A stretch of 64,000 nt of DNA, taken from positions 14,446,001 to 14,510,000 of the forward strand of contig CM119374.1 of NCBI GenBank assembly GCA_051294905.1. The letters run 5' to 3'. Positions 20,135-34,171 of the stretch are shown in pieces. Source of the stretch: Botryllus schlosseri (lineage: Eukaryota). The notes under the pieces were generated by a model, which was not told the origin of the DNA, searched no databases, and saw only the letters and a program-made list of their open reading frames with translations. Within the stretch, counting starts at the first letter, position 1; each line of letters begins with the position of its first letter. The position numbers were made by a program, and so were the translations under genes.

Positions 20135-20322
20135 ACACATCACTCATACGTCGAAGATTCAATTTGACTTGAATTGTGACTTGACTCGTGACTTGACTTG
20201 ACTTGAATCGACTTGATTCGAGTCACCTCTAAAAATCGAGTGACTTGACTTTACTCGAGTCAAAACCTGCAATGACTCGAGATGACTCGTGACTCGAAGG
20301 TAGTGACTTGATCCCAACACTG
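20135..20322 (-). mobile_element. Truncated family A MITE end
   Basis: GACTTGACT repeats ending GATCCCAACACTG; reverse complement matches 48359-48570. Confidence 0.75.
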
Positions 20323-21213
20323 CATACAATCGGCTATATATTTACATATGTTATTCTGGTTTGAATTCTAATTAATTTTTGAAATTTTCAGCGGTTCAAA
20401 AGATAATGTGACACAAAATTTTCTTGTCGCTAGGCAGCGTACATGTGAAAAATATTTAAAATCAATATTCTGTGCTTCAGTGATTGTAGGGAACCAATGA
20501 AAATTTCTAATTAATAAATTCCGGAGCCAAGGACTTCAGAAAATATAACTGTTTCGCTCTAAACTCAATGTGCGAAAGCTAAAACTGGAAAATTTGGGGG
20601 GAATGGACTTGAAAAAATCGATGCGCCATTACATTTCAACAACAACAAAAAAATTATTGCAAAATGTACTTTGAAGGAGTTGGTTGATATAAAATTCGAT
20701 TATCAAATTAGACTTCGCGGCGATGTAAGCAAACCTTGGTGCCTCTTTGCGCCATTTTGAAAAAAAATATTATGAGTGATGCTTTCACGTGGCAAATAAT
20801 TCGCTTCTTTGATTTTTAAGGATCAGGTAACATATTTATACCTAATCATAACATTTCGTATTGAGCTTACCAAATTCGAAATATGTCATTAGAATCAAGA
20901 TTACATGATGGGAGTAATTCGTGGACGATTAAGAGTGTGCAAGGTCATCGCGCTAACTTTGATTTTGCTTTCTGGGATGCTTGTTATGCGCGCAATTGAA
21001 GATGTTCAGGTAAGCCTTTTTTATTATTTGTTATATTACGCACAATCGACTGGGAAATTGTGAGGTAGAATTCGTGATGTGACATTTCATCAACATGAAG
21101 CAATTTAATAGCTAATTTTAGGTCTGTTTATAGGGATGACGACGATCCCAAGTTCTGGTTCGTGTGAGCACGAATTTTAATAAAAGGTCCGCTGTGAATA
21201 GGAAGGTATACAA

Positions 21214-21977
21214 CAGGGATGTCAAACTTATCTTGGGTCGTGGTACCGATTCAAACCTATTATCGCTTGTGAGCCAGACCAATGAAATGATTCCATGATG
21301 TTAACCTCAAAATCCATAGCTTTATTATTTCAATGAAATTCTCAATTATCAATCCTATGTTACGAATCATGGGATAATTTTGCAGCACCTTTATTCACAA
21401 ACATCGAAAACGGCAAAAATTCAATGATTGGCCGATTGAATACAGTTGTAAACCGCTAAAACAGTGGCTCTAACAGCGATATCAGCTGACATATTTCTGT
21501 GCTCTCTTTGCTTTGGTCGTCATGCGGCGTTGGTCCTGCGCAGAGTACAAGACATTTAACTGTAATAGCTGGCGTTACAATCTGGTTCATTTTAAATCAC
21601 CATTCGGGAACCAACTTGCATACAACGGTTTCACATTGGTTTCACATTCGCTGTGAACTACTTTTGGTCCATTTATCAGAAACATCTAACTTATTTTTGT
21701 CTTCTCGGAATTTTGTGTCAATTGTCCCCGACTTGTTCGTAATAATTACCAGAGTGAAAAAGCAACACTGCGCCGAATGATTATAAAGTCGTCCATGAAC
21801 AATTGAACATGTTCGATATTTGCTGTTTTTAGTGATTTTATGTACGTGAAATTATTTCTTGAAACCTCAACTTTGATCGGAGATGTAGGCCTACTGGTTA
21901 ATCTATGCCCAAGCATTTCTCATCTACTCAGAATTGCTTCTCGGGCCGCCGTATAAAATCGTGTCTCCAAGCCCCTG
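21214..21977 (+). mobile_element. Probable hAT MITE, degenerate
   Basis: CAGGGATGTCAAAC start and ...CCAAGCCCCTG end. No clear TSD. Confidence 0.4.
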
Positions 21978-22569
21978 TCTGTATGATAAGTAGATAAAAT
22001 ATTGTACCAATGGTATTCAATAATCAAAATTCTCTTGGTACTATTCGCAACATGTTTCATACCTATATTATTGGAGCGAACGTGTTATCGTGGATTTTAA
22101 CGAGAAACTCGTCGATAACATTCATCAGATGTCAGGTTGTTTTTATCTTGCAAGAGCTCGATATCGCGGGTGGGTTGTCAAAAATGTAGGAAGAGACGTC
22201 GCGGACATGTCGTCTCAATCATGTACAACGTAACATAACGTTTGATCACATATGTTGAGATTACCGGGACTTTCTTACACTCCACTAAAATCCTGACAGA
22301 GTGGAATCAAAGTTTGCACAGTGAGCACGAACGTGATTCGAACGTTGGCACCATCCCCATTGTTTATTCATTCAGAGCGAATTCGAAATAAGTAGACGTG
22401 AATCGATATCTCACGCGAGGGTTTTGATACGATGTATGACTTCATCAGTTTTCGTTGTAGTCATTGCTCATAACTGTTTCAACAAGGAGTAGCCTAGAAC
22501 TTCTGCAGCAGGGTTTCCGCCTATATCCCGTCCTTACAAGCCATGGATCTTACTGACGGACCTCCTTAA

Positions 22570-24105
22570 CCCTTCAGCGCAGGGATTTTAGATACCTTAA
22601 TCGGCACACACGTTGACAAATTGTCAACCCGGCATTATCTTGTGTTTTTCAATGTCTCATGTTGAATCTGGTATTCTAGGGTGTTTTATATGGATAAAAC
22701 CTTACGAAACGATCACTGATCCTAAGTTGGAGGTCTGTTTTAGTTAGAGGAAGTCGCAAATCTACGAAAAATGTAAAAATTTTCAATTTTTTTCACTCAA
22801 TTTCGCTATGGTTCCGGAACATCTAATTGACGGACCAGCGGGGCTCGTGCACTTTCTGACCAAACTCACTACAGCCTTACGAGGAAATGGGTTTTGAGAC
22901 CGAAAGTGCATGATCCTCGTCCTAGTCCGGGTTCGTCAAATTCAGATACGAGAATTAGGCTTTTTTGGCCGTGATGCGTGATTCGCAAAATACCACTTTT
23001 GAAATGTTAGTCACCTTGAATAGCTCTCAGATAAAATGCGAAGATACCTCAAATATGTGAATGCGGTACTAAACTTGAATATTGCTTTAAAAACTAATTC
23101 CATTGCAGTGGACTTTATTGACTCGAAGACTTTTCGTGTTCCCCTTATCAAGACTTAACGGCACAATATAAAGCAGGAGTTTCCATACAATTTTATAATT
23201 TTCCATGAATACATACTGCTAATTGTCTCTCGAACGTCTTGTATAGTTTGATTTCCTCTTGTGTCTGTGTTGTGACTAACCGTTATAGCTGAATTGCATA
23301 ACGTTCCTTTTCGTTATTGCATCATTACGTCATACTTTGCCAATCTGTTTTTTGCTTGCATCTCTTTCCATATGCTTCTTATTGTGCCGTTACCTCCCTA
23401 TTACCTCTACTGCAATGGATATAGTTCTGAAAGCAATTTTAAAGATACCTCAATAAGCGATGTTTTGCCGGGTATATTTTAAACTCAAGAACAACGAAAC
23501 ATAGAGCACTACAAAAAACTGTTCAGCATTCCAAGCAATATTCGTTCTTCTGAAGTTTTCTGTATCTTAAATAAACCCGTCGGCTGCAAGTGTCACAGAA
23601 AAAAAACGAGTTTGCCTTGCACATTTGTAGCATCTTCCTCGTTTGATACCCCGATCGGTGCGACTATTATTATTAATAATATTATTATTGACGAAAGGGG
23701 GAGTGACGCTTCACGTGGGCCACGGACTAGAATGTGCGGTCGGTATACCAAAATGCTGGCATGAGCAGTGCGATTGAAACTTCTTGAAGTAGCAGCATCG
23801 ATCAGCCCCAACTTTTCAGCAAGAAGTTTAGTTTCTCCTGACAATTTTCTTTTGTGGACATATACGGCTGAGCGAGCTGAATGGTAGGTAGAGCTAGGGC
23901 CTCGATATCCGGCCAACTGTTCATCCACAGTCAATGCTTCCTTAGGGATGTGGACATTGCGCAGATTATTGTTGAATGCTTCCCATTCCTCGCGAATAGC
24001 TACTAACTTTTCATTTCGTTTTCTTTCCGGTCAATTGCGACAGATATCAAAACGCATGCATCGAAGCAGAAATCTGAATCGATTTAGTTCCATAGCCTCT
24101 CTATA
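22570..24105 (-). mobile_element. Degraded, internally deleted piggyBac
   Basis: Minus-strand translation AMELNRFRFLLRCMRFD...LVAIREEWEAFNNNL...LTVDEQLAGYRG (about 23885-24105). Cys-rich C-terminal relic RCYKC...CDTC (about 23575-23640). TTAA|CCCTT at 22566-22574 may be the terminus. Confidence 0.75.
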
Positions 24106-24120
24106 AAAGGGCCTACTATC

Positions 24121-25669
24121 CAATGTTCCCTATAAGCTGCGCACGTGCGCGGCCGCGCACTGCTGACAAAGTCGCCGCGCACAGAAAAATATGTGCCACG
24201 CACAAAAAAGTCAAAGTGATAACCTTTTTTTCAGTCGTTGCGCACTGTTGTCCAATGCAGACTTGGACAGCTAGATAATTCCATTTGACTAATTTCACTA
24301 AATTAAAGCAGAATGCCAGTAATCTAATTTTAATTGCTAAATGTTTCTATGCTCCAATTCCAGTGCTAATCTGGTTTAAGAAATGCACCTATGCTCTAAT
24401 TTTAATTCTAATTATTATTGTCTTCTGGAAAATGCCTTATTGTCCGCGGCATTTTGCAGCAAGTTAACAAGAATATCCCTCTCGCGCCAGAAATTCAGTG
24501 CCAAGCCGCCATCGCACTACTTACACAGAACAGTCATAGTAGCTTTATTGTGACGAATCATAGCCACACTACATAGTAGCTGGAAGTCTGCAAACAACCT
24601 TCTAGTTTCGATCACAAACAGAACAGCAGCAAAGAAACGATAGTTATTACAGGCTTGTTCAATTTCATGCCCTGAGCTACATCAAGAAAGAAGAGGATGA
24701 TTGCTTCAGATCTAACCAAAGAAATTATATCAGACCAGTGGTTCTCAACTTTTTTGTCTTTGCGGACCCCTTTTGAACCGTTACGTACCATACGGCTGAC
24801 CCCCAAAGTTTTAGTTAAATATTAGCTCAATTATTGTGCAACCGTCATCTGTGGTGTGCAGTTATTAACTGTGGGCTAGTGATGAACAGCAGCAATCTGT
24901 TTCTAGACAATAATATCAGGCTATTTATATATGCAGAAATCAGGTAGACTTCTATTTGAAAGCGATTTCTGTAGCTGTATTTCTTGAAATACGTGAACGT
25001 GTCTCGAAAATCGCTCCTTCGACTTGACATGAGTGAGTGCCGAAAATTGATATCCGCAAATGGTGGCGAATGTAATAATAACGCATAACGCTTCTGACGA
25101 GACATTTGGGTATGATCGCAACATATATGACACCACAATTGAGAAACACATTTTTTAATGAATGGTCCTACTTGGTAATTACCAACCAGCCTATTCATTT
25201 ATATCAAGCAGCTCATCTTTTTGTTACCGCGGGATAGGCTACTATGGTTGTATACATCACAGGAGAAAATGCTGTTTTTTTGCAAACATTGTGATTTAGC
25301 ATGAACGAACTTGATTGTTGCTGTATTTCTTTCTCATTCACAATTTCATTCAATTTCAAAGGTTTTCGCGAATTCAGCAATTCTAATTCTTATCTAAATT
25401 GAAAAAAAAACTGTGTAGCTCTAATTCTAATTGTAGTCTAATTTGGAAAAAGCTGTATACCTCTGATTCTAATTTTAATCTAATTCGAAAAAAGGTTTAG
25501 CTCTAATTCTAATTCTAATCTAATTTCGAAACAACTATGCTGCTCTTATTCTAATTCTAATCTACTTTGGAAAAGCTGAAAATTTTCTAGTTGTCTAAGT
25601 CTGGTCCAAGGGACCGCGCAGTGAGTTGGTGAATGCGCGCAGACTCGTGAAAAATTAGAGGGAACATTG
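24121..25669 (+). mobile_element. hAT-type MITE with a nested truncated CAGTGGTTCTCAAC-family fragment (about 24735-25200)
   Basis: TIR CAATGTTCCCT.TAA...TTAGAGGGAACATTG; TSD CTACTATC/CTTCTATC. The inner fragment matches the reverse complement of 36140-36481. Confidence 0.8.
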
Positions 25670-26594
25670 CTTCTATCAAAGGCCACAATGCACGTAAATC
25701 AGTGAAGTTATCTCTGTCCAAGCCAGCACGTATCATGATTGCAAGTCCTGCCTCAATTTATTCAATTGTAAAGTTGTGTTTAGAACTGGCGTTTAATCAT
25801 GCACATCACCGACGAAAAGCCTCGAAAACATTTTAAAACATCACTAGAAATTAACCAATGCTCATCTATGGCTCTGTTCCCTTATAGAACACTTGGTATT
25901 TGGTGTAGGCCACAGAATGTCCATGTCGAAACGGATCGACTGTCCTAGAACCGATGCATAGCCTATTCATTTTTAATGTGAAGTAACACGCACTTCAGGT
26001 TTCGTGTTGAGCTGTTCGTAAGCAGTCTCCGCATTAATCTGGCTGTCTATAATAGACAATGTAAAAGAAGCCCTTTATATATATCATGGCAATAAACCAA
26101 AAAAAGAGTTTGGAAACACATTTCCTCGATTCCGATAATATGAGACAGTATATGGCCAATGGAGAAGAAGAATTAGCATGATAAGTAGAAGCGGAGATTA
26201 ATGATGATAAATTCTTTAAAGTTATCATGATAAGAACTATTTTTAGAAAAGCAGACATCTTGTTTCTTTTACTGTTTCAAAACAAGCTTAAAGGGCCACA
26301 TATTTGGGTCATGTACCAGAGTGAACAATTTTCTTCCACATAATATACCAACAATACAATGTTTATTGTTTGCAAACTTTTACGTTTTACGAAAGAGCAG
26401 TCTGCTGTCATAAAATGCATTGAACGAACAAGTCTACAGGACAGATATATAAAGATAGATAACGTAGGGAACTAAATTAGGTACGGAGCTACTAATCACA
26501 ATCTTTAAACGAAGATTGATACATAAAAATGATAACTGGTACCGACTGAAAATAGTTTCATCCACATATAAATTCATGGGTAGAAAGGAGGTCC

Positions 26595-27256
26595 TGATTG
26601 AACGAAGATAGAGAATCACTGGATTCAAGTTCACCGAAACCTCAGTTATGCTGTTCTACAACAACCCAGGTTTCATCATTATAGAGGATTTCAATAACAA
26701 TATTTGATCTGTTGCTGTGGTACGCTCACCGTAATGTCGCTAACGAAAGCCGAAATTTGATTAACTTATGAAAATGAGAAAAATACATACCGAAAAAAGC
26801 TGACGTGATAGAGAAATTCTGAGTACAAAATCGGATTCAGCAACCTAATAGTACCCTAAATCAACCATTAAAATTTTTTCGGCAAAATGTTTTGGAAATT
26901 TGTAGACCAGTGTAATTTTGTGGGTCGAAAACAGCTTCTGATTGAACGGAGATAGAGAATCACTGGATTCAAGTTCACCGAAAACTCACCCATTCTGTAC
27001 TACCACAACGCAGGTTTAATGATAGATGATTTCAAAAACAATATTTGATCTATTGCCATTGTATGCTTTCCGTGATGTCACGAGCGAAAGCCGAAATTGG
27101 CATAAATTCATGAAAATGAGAAAATTTCATTCGGAAAAAATCTGCCGTGACAGAGAAATTCTGAGCACAGAATTGGATTCAGCAACCTTATATTAGCCTA
27201 AGCCAATCATTAAAAATGTTGGCGCAATTATTTTTTCAACTTTTTATACCAGTGTA
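26595..27256. repeat. Two tandem ~320-340-bp copies of a Chapaev3-like (CACTG) element end
   Basis: Both start CTGATTGAACG.AGATAGAGAATCACTGG and end CCAGTG|TAA. Confidence 0.7.
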
Positions 27257-27991
27257 ATGTAATTACTGTTCAGACAGTGATTCACTGAATGCACATGCAA
27301 CTTTCCGTATGGTTCTGGTTATCACTCTGTGATCATGGTTATTTACTACGTAGTGACTTAAAAGTCCAAACTTCCATTGTTTCTGATTGTTGACATTTTG
27401 TCAACAGATGTGCCGATTAGGGTAAAACGCAAATATGTCATTGTGTAATCAATTTACCTTTTGGGAATTTCTACAGCAGTACGCTACTCATACGTTTTCC
27501 ATCGTCACTGAATATCGCTGAGCAATTACATAAGGCACGGGAGTAATATCGAATAAAGAACCGATTTTGACAAAATGTCAACGCATGTGACAATAAGGGA
27601 ACCGTTATTCTTGTGTTTCCTTGTTGTCCTTGTAATTTATATTTTATCAGGTGAATAAATAATATACATCTCGTTGGAGCAGACACTATCTCAGCATGTC
27701 AAACGGTTTGTATAGACGTCATGTAATAGTTTCCTGGGGGGGGGGGGGGGGCTATGTTGCTCAGGTGCTATATCAATTCCACAGCATGGATCCGTCCAAC
27801 CTGAACTATGGATAAAACGAGTAAAGGACTGCTAAGACATTTGGTTATATTGCTCATCGCCGTTGATTTTATTAATATGAAATACTCACCACCAGTCGCA
27901 TAAAATACATTCGGTAGGCTCGGGCTATCATGCATTGGGTTTTTCGAAGAAGAGGCGGCCATATGAAACTCGATCCGCGACACGAGAAGTG

Positions 27992-30900
27992 TGTTGTGAG
28001 CACGAAACAATATTCGTAAGCAGTTTATTACTTCGGCTTAAATGAACTAATACCTTGACTACGATACTCGCAATACCAACAGTTAAGACAACAGCAACAT
28101 AAATGAAGAACGGTTCTCAGTACACGAAACAGGTAGGCAGTCTGCAATCATTACAGTCCACGCCAGTACATTACGACGAATGATCTTTAACACAGAAAGG
28201 TAATCACAACAAAACTGAAGTCGGTACCAATTTGACACCAAACATACAACATTCACCCCTCCTTATTTCAATGAGGCACTGGTTGTCCGTATCTATTCGG
28301 TGGGACGCCTCGTGTTATTCTAGAGGAGCGGCGAGGTACAACTTGCATTTCGTTTGAACGGGAAGGAGAATTGTCCCCTTCGTTTGACGGTTCTTCATCC
28401 TTCTGGGTAACGAGCTTGCAACCCTCGATGGCATCGGGGAGCTCCTGAATAACTGGATTTTCCTCCGGAACTTGCGGACGAGGACACGGGGCAATATCGG
28501 TTATTGCAACGTTTCTTTCTCTTCCATCGACGTGGCGTACGTTCGCATACAACGGGTTGGCGTTCAACAGTTCCACTTCCTCCACCGAATCGTCGTTTTT
28601 ATTTGAACGGGCGTGACGTTTCAGGAACACAGAACCAGGTTGGGATAACCAAGTCGGCAGGGTCTTTCCGCTGGGTAGCCTGCGATTGAAACCAAAAAAC
28701 AGTTCATGCGGAGTAGAATTTGTACTAGTACAAAGCAAGGAGCGAGTCGCTCGCAATACATGGGGTAAAGCTAGCTCCCAGGATTCGACGGGTAACTCGT
28801 GTGATCGAAGGTATAATCGGATCGCTTTCCACAAAATCCCATTATAGCGTTCGACTTGAGCATTTCCGGTCGGATGATAAGCGGTAGAATGGCTGCTTGC
28901 AACACCCTTACAGAGTAGGTAATCTTTGATTTCGCGAGACATGAACGAACTACCACGATCTGAATGAATGTAATTAGGCGTACCACAAAGCGCAAATAGC
29001 TCATCTAGACATTTGATAACAGTGGATGACCACATATTTGGACAAGCGAAGCAAAATGGAAAGCGTGAAAACTCGTCAACCACTACTAGTGTATATCTGT
29101 TACCAGAGTTCGATGGTATGGGACCTTTGAAATCCATGTTTAAACGCTCGAACGGTTTTGTAGACTTGATAAAGACTCCCTGTTCTCGGCGATAAAACCG
29201 AGGCTTGATTTCGGCACACACTTGACAGGTCGAGCATACTCTTTTAACATCGGACGTTGAGTAGGGCAAGTTCTGCGAACGAACGATATGAAGAAGCCGG
29301 GTGACTCCCGGATGACATAGCTCTCGATGCAGTTCTTCGAGATTACACGTGGAAATGGACGAACAATGGGCTCGGGTCAGGGCGTCGGGCGCACTATGCA
29401 ATTCTCCTGGCCGATATCGAATATCGTACGTGAACTGCGCCAAATCTATAGGCGCCAACACTGAACCTTATTGTTCTTGATTTTCGACCGCTTTCGCATA
29501 TCGAACATGAACGAAACAGCTTCCTGATCCGTGATCAATGTAAATCTTCGTCCTGCCAAAAAGTGCTGCCATTTCCTCACTGCTTCGATAATAGCGGTCG
29601 CCTCTTTCTCGACGGCAGGGTAGTGCTTTTCGCTATTGTTGAGCGTGCGGGACATGAAAGCAATAGGTCGGCCACCCTGATTCAACGTCGCCGACACCGC
29701 GACATCGGAGGCATCACACTCCACCACAAAGGGCTCGTCGTCATCGATCGCTTGTAAAGCGGCGTCCTCCACGCCCTTTTTCAATGCATTGAAATCATTC
29801 AAGCACTTCGCGTTGATTGGAAAATCGACACAGTTGATCAAACTTGCAATTTTGTCTGAGAACGCTGGTATCCACTTTGCGTAATAGGCAAATAATCCCA
29901 ATGCCCTCTTCAGAGCTTTCTTGTTTGTAGGTGGAGGCAATTCACGCAATGGTTTCAATCGCTCCGGATCAGGTTTTATGACACCACGACCAACGCGGTA
30001 TCCTAATATATCCACCTCTGCAACCGATGAAATGGCCTTATTGTGGTTGAGGGTCATGTTTCTTGCACCCAACGCATTCAGCAAGCGCTCAACATTTTTA
30101 TCGTGTTCCTACTGTGACTGGCCTGCGACAGTGACATTATCAAGGTATGGAAACGTATCTGTCAGTTTATCCGAATCGACAATCGCGTCCATAGTTCGTT
30201 GAAATGCGGGTACACCGTTCGTGACCCCGAACGGCAACCGATTGAACTCCCACAATCGACCGACGGCTTCAAAAGCGGTAGGCGCTTTATCGGACTCTCG
30301 TAGCTCCAATTGGTGATACGCGCTCTTCAAATCAAAAGTTGAAAATACTTTGTATTTTGCCAGTTTTTGTACGATGTCCTCTATGCGAGGTAACGGATAG
30401 GCATCGAGTACCGTAAAGCGGTTCACAGTTTGCGAATAATCTATGCACATTCGCTTTTTACCGGATTCTTGATTGGTTACGACCAATGGCTGAGCGCGCC
30501 ATGGTCAACTACTTGGTCTTATAATTCCGTCTTTGGACAGCTTGTCAACTTCACATTCGATGAAAGATGTATCTGCAGCGCTATAACGCCTTGATCGCAC
30601 GCACACTGGCTTGAAATCTGACGTAAGGGACTTGAAGAGTTGTGGACATTTCGTGTTAGATGCTAGAGCAGCACAGGTTCTACGGTCCTGAGATGCTATA
30701 ACGAGTTCCGGGTCTTTGCCATTATACGTGAACACCACGCGTTTGTGCCGTTTCTGAAAGTCTTGAGCAAGTATTATATCGCAACAGAGATCTTTCATGA
30801 CGCCTAGCGTGACATTTTTGTAAACCTTCCCGTTTAACAACAACTCTACGATGCATTGACCAGAGATGGATTCTTTCAGAGACTTTGCCGCCATCGTTAC

Positions 30901-32171
30901 GCAATCTGTATAGGGCAACGCCCGCAATTTCATCGCTTCAACTGTCCTTGGATTGATGTAGCTTAAGCCACTTCCAGGATCCATTAACGTTGACATTCGC
31001 TCGTCTTTTAGGAATGTATCTATGATTGCGTAACGCAAACATCTTGGTGCTTCTTGTATAGCGCAGGACGAGGACGAACTATGTTTCGTGGATACTGTTT
31101 TTCGAGTGGATGCATCTGCTACACTTTTGCAAACTTTCGAGTAGTGCCCCGTCTTCCCACATTTGTAACAGGTGGATGAGCTTGCTGGACAATTTTTACG
31201 GGCATGTTGAATTTTGTCACCACAAAAATAACATTTCCACTCGCCACGATGCACAGCTGCTGCAGCGTTTTCACTTTCTTTGTCGGATGCTGCTTCGGAT
31301 TGAACGGTTGCTATTGGAATCTCGGCACCGCCAGAAGACATGTACGAGGACGAATTTCTTTGTGCAATGTCCAAGGTGCGGGCCTTCCTAAAGGCACTGT
31401 CAATTGTCAATTCGGTTTCCTCCAACAACCGCTGCCGTATGGCATGCGAAAGAATGCCGTTGATGAAGGAGTCTCGAATAAATCCGTCTCGGTGTTCAGT
31501 TTTGGAGACTGCAAGAAAGTTACAATCCTTGCTTAATCTGCGTAGTTCTTGCAAATATTCATCCAAGCTTTGTCCGTGCTTTTGTTTCGTTGTCGCCAGC
31601 ACATGACGTGCAAACACCTTGTTATGTGCTTTGACAAATAGGTTGTCTAACGTTGCAATTGCGGTTTCATAAGTCTCAGCTTCATCGATATACTCGAAAA
31701 GGACATACGATAAGAAGTTTGTAAGAATCTTGAGTTTTTCTATTCTGGCACTTCCTGTCTCGAAGGCCGCAAGATAATTCTCGTAAGTTCTTCGCCAATG
31801 CTTCCACTCTTTCTCTGACGTCGGGCTATTGGGTTCAATTTCCAATACCTTCGGTTTCAACGGCTTCAGTGCTTCAGACATTGTATCGTCAAGAACTTTA
31901 GTTCATTTAATTGTTGTGAGCACGAAACAATATTCGTAAGCAGTTTATTAGTTCGGCTTAAATGAACTAATACCTTGACTACGATACTCGCAATACCAAT
32001 AGTTAAGACAACAGCAACATAAATGAAGAACGGTTCTCAGTACGCGAAACAGGTAGGCAGTCTGCAATCATTACAGTCCACGCCAGTACATTACGACGAA
32101 TGATCTTTAACACAGAAAGGTAATCACAACAAAACTGAAGTCGGTACCAATTTGACACCAAACATACAACA
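27992..32171 (-). mobile_element. Full-length Ty3/Gypsy LTR retrotransposon (non-chromoviral, Mag-like), inactivated
   Basis: 260-bp LTRs 27992-28251 and 31912-32171 (TGT...ACA, 3 differences), 5-bp TSD AAGTG, PPT at about 28252-28267. Confidence 0.97.
28268..31881 (-). pseudogene. gag-pol (gag with CCHC knuckles, PR, RT, RNase H, integrase) with two nonsense codons and one frameshift
   Basis: RPSS*PWRAQ at about 30505; AGQSQ*EHD after YLDN at about 30109; +1 frameshift at about 29446-29455 (QCWR/IDLAQF). Integrase MDFKGP, SDRGSSF, VERYNG. Confidence 0.92.
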
Positions 32172-32795
32172 AAGTGTTTGCATAATACCCAGGACCGAAA
32201 CAGCATTGGTCAGCCACCCCAGAAAAGCGTTGGTCTTGGGCTCCCCATAGAGTGACAAACCAAACCATGGGGGCTTCGCCACCCAAACCCCTCATCAGGC
32301 TACGCGTTTTTGCACCTACTTCTTAGCGAGTTTTGTTGTACTGTCTAGTGAGTCAGCTAATATAGCCTATGACTCGCGAAGCGCGAAAATCAATTCTTTA
32401 TATCCATTTTTTATCCTCTGTGTATTCACGTAATCAGATTTACTGGTAGGGCTGAGTGATGTGTATTGGAAAATGTAGGGCCTGTAAATAATAATTAAAC
32501 ATCTTCGGGCGGACCCGTCGGTATAATGACTTCTTTACATGATGTTATTTCGTGACCTCCTGTCTGATATGTTAAAAGTTATTGAAATCGCCCAAACGTA
32601 CTAAACTAAAAGACGCACACGATTTTAAATAGGTATTTATTCACTGGCAAAGAATTTTTCCGTGCGGCATGGCATTCGTCTTGTGGGGTTCAGATTGCCA
32701 GGACAGGAACATTCGGCGACAGCCATTTCGGCGCATATGGTCAATCAAGCATTTATGTATAGATATCGAAGTTTTCGATCAGCACAAGTGTAGTT

Positions 32796-34171
32796 GGGGA
32801 GACCGGGGACAATTGTAACACTATTCGTATTTTCCAACATTACGTGTTTTTCTCGTAGAAATTTCACTTCCAAAGTTTTATATAAAGAAGCCAACAACTC
32901 GATAGTTGATATGAAAACTAAATTGGAACTCAATCAACAATCAATCATGAAAATTTTGGGTCGCAAAAATCGCTGCTCAAATGTTACAATCGCCCCGTAC
33001 CCAGGGGCAATTGTACCACCCTTGCGGGGCAATTGTAACAGTGCTATTTATAACTAAACACCAACTAAATGAACAACGAAAACGGAAGCACAAATTGTAA
33101 TATTGTATGAAACTAAAGGAAGAGACGTTTGAACGCTTCCAGGCTACGCCCCATCGCATTTATGGCATCTGAGTACAATATCACCCTTCGTGTCTTGTTC
33201 AAGCTTAAAGTGTACAAGAGACACATTCATTCCATCATCTCCCTACACATATTCGGCCTCTTCTACCAAGGTTCTGTTGTTCAGCGGGCATAATGGGTTG
33301 GTCATTCGGTCACCTGCGAAGGTGCGAAACCGACCTGGCTAACATATCTTGGTTGAATGGGCCGATGATAGTATAGTAAAACGAGGACGCAACATTGTGT
33401 GGCGTCAAAGCTATAATGACATTTATCTGTGCTGTAGAAAATTAACATAAATTGTTCACATTAAATATCAAAATGTAAGTGGGCCATGATCAAAGTCAGA
33501 GAACGAGAATTAAGACATGACTATTGAAGTTCGACACACCAAAAGTCGATCAACATGAGAACGGGTGGTTGAATCACGAAAATAACCGAACCGTCAGATT
33601 CACATCACCACTATTGTATGGCCGTTTCGACAGATGATCATGTTAGAATTAGTATCGCAAGGCAGTATCTGTTCTGGTGAACTTCTGGCTGTTGCAAGAT
33701 TATTCTGCAGTAGATGAATGGTAATACCAACATATGAACAAAGACATTCAGAATTCATAACATATTGTAACGGGGCAAAAGTAACAGAGTGTTACGATTG
33801 CCCCTGACACGCTCGACCATGATTAGTGTCTTAGTATGGTACCTTCCCGGCGATGCAAGTCCTATTCTTTCTATCACCACGGTAGACTATAGTAACATTG
33901 TTCCAGCTACACATATTACGTTGTAACTACTTGAGGTACTATTCGTCTAGACAAATTATTCCAGACCAGAAAAACTTTACTCAGGAGTCAAAAATTTCGT
34001 TTTTTGCAAATTATTCCGGGGTTTCGCATCGTAGCTCAACGTAACTCCAGGTATAATAGGAGAGGTACCTACTGCATGCGCACTTAAAATATCAAGCTGA
34101 TTTCTCCATCCTACTAGCGGTGAGGACGATTGTTACATTTGCCCCTAGTTACATTTGTCCCCGGTCTCCCC
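32796..34171. mobile_element. pogo/Tc1-like non-autonomous element
   Basis: 24-bp TIR GGGGAGACCGGGGACAATTGTAAC, internal GGGGCAA..GTAAC repeats, minus-strand relic IGPFNQD at about 33350. Confidence 0.7.
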
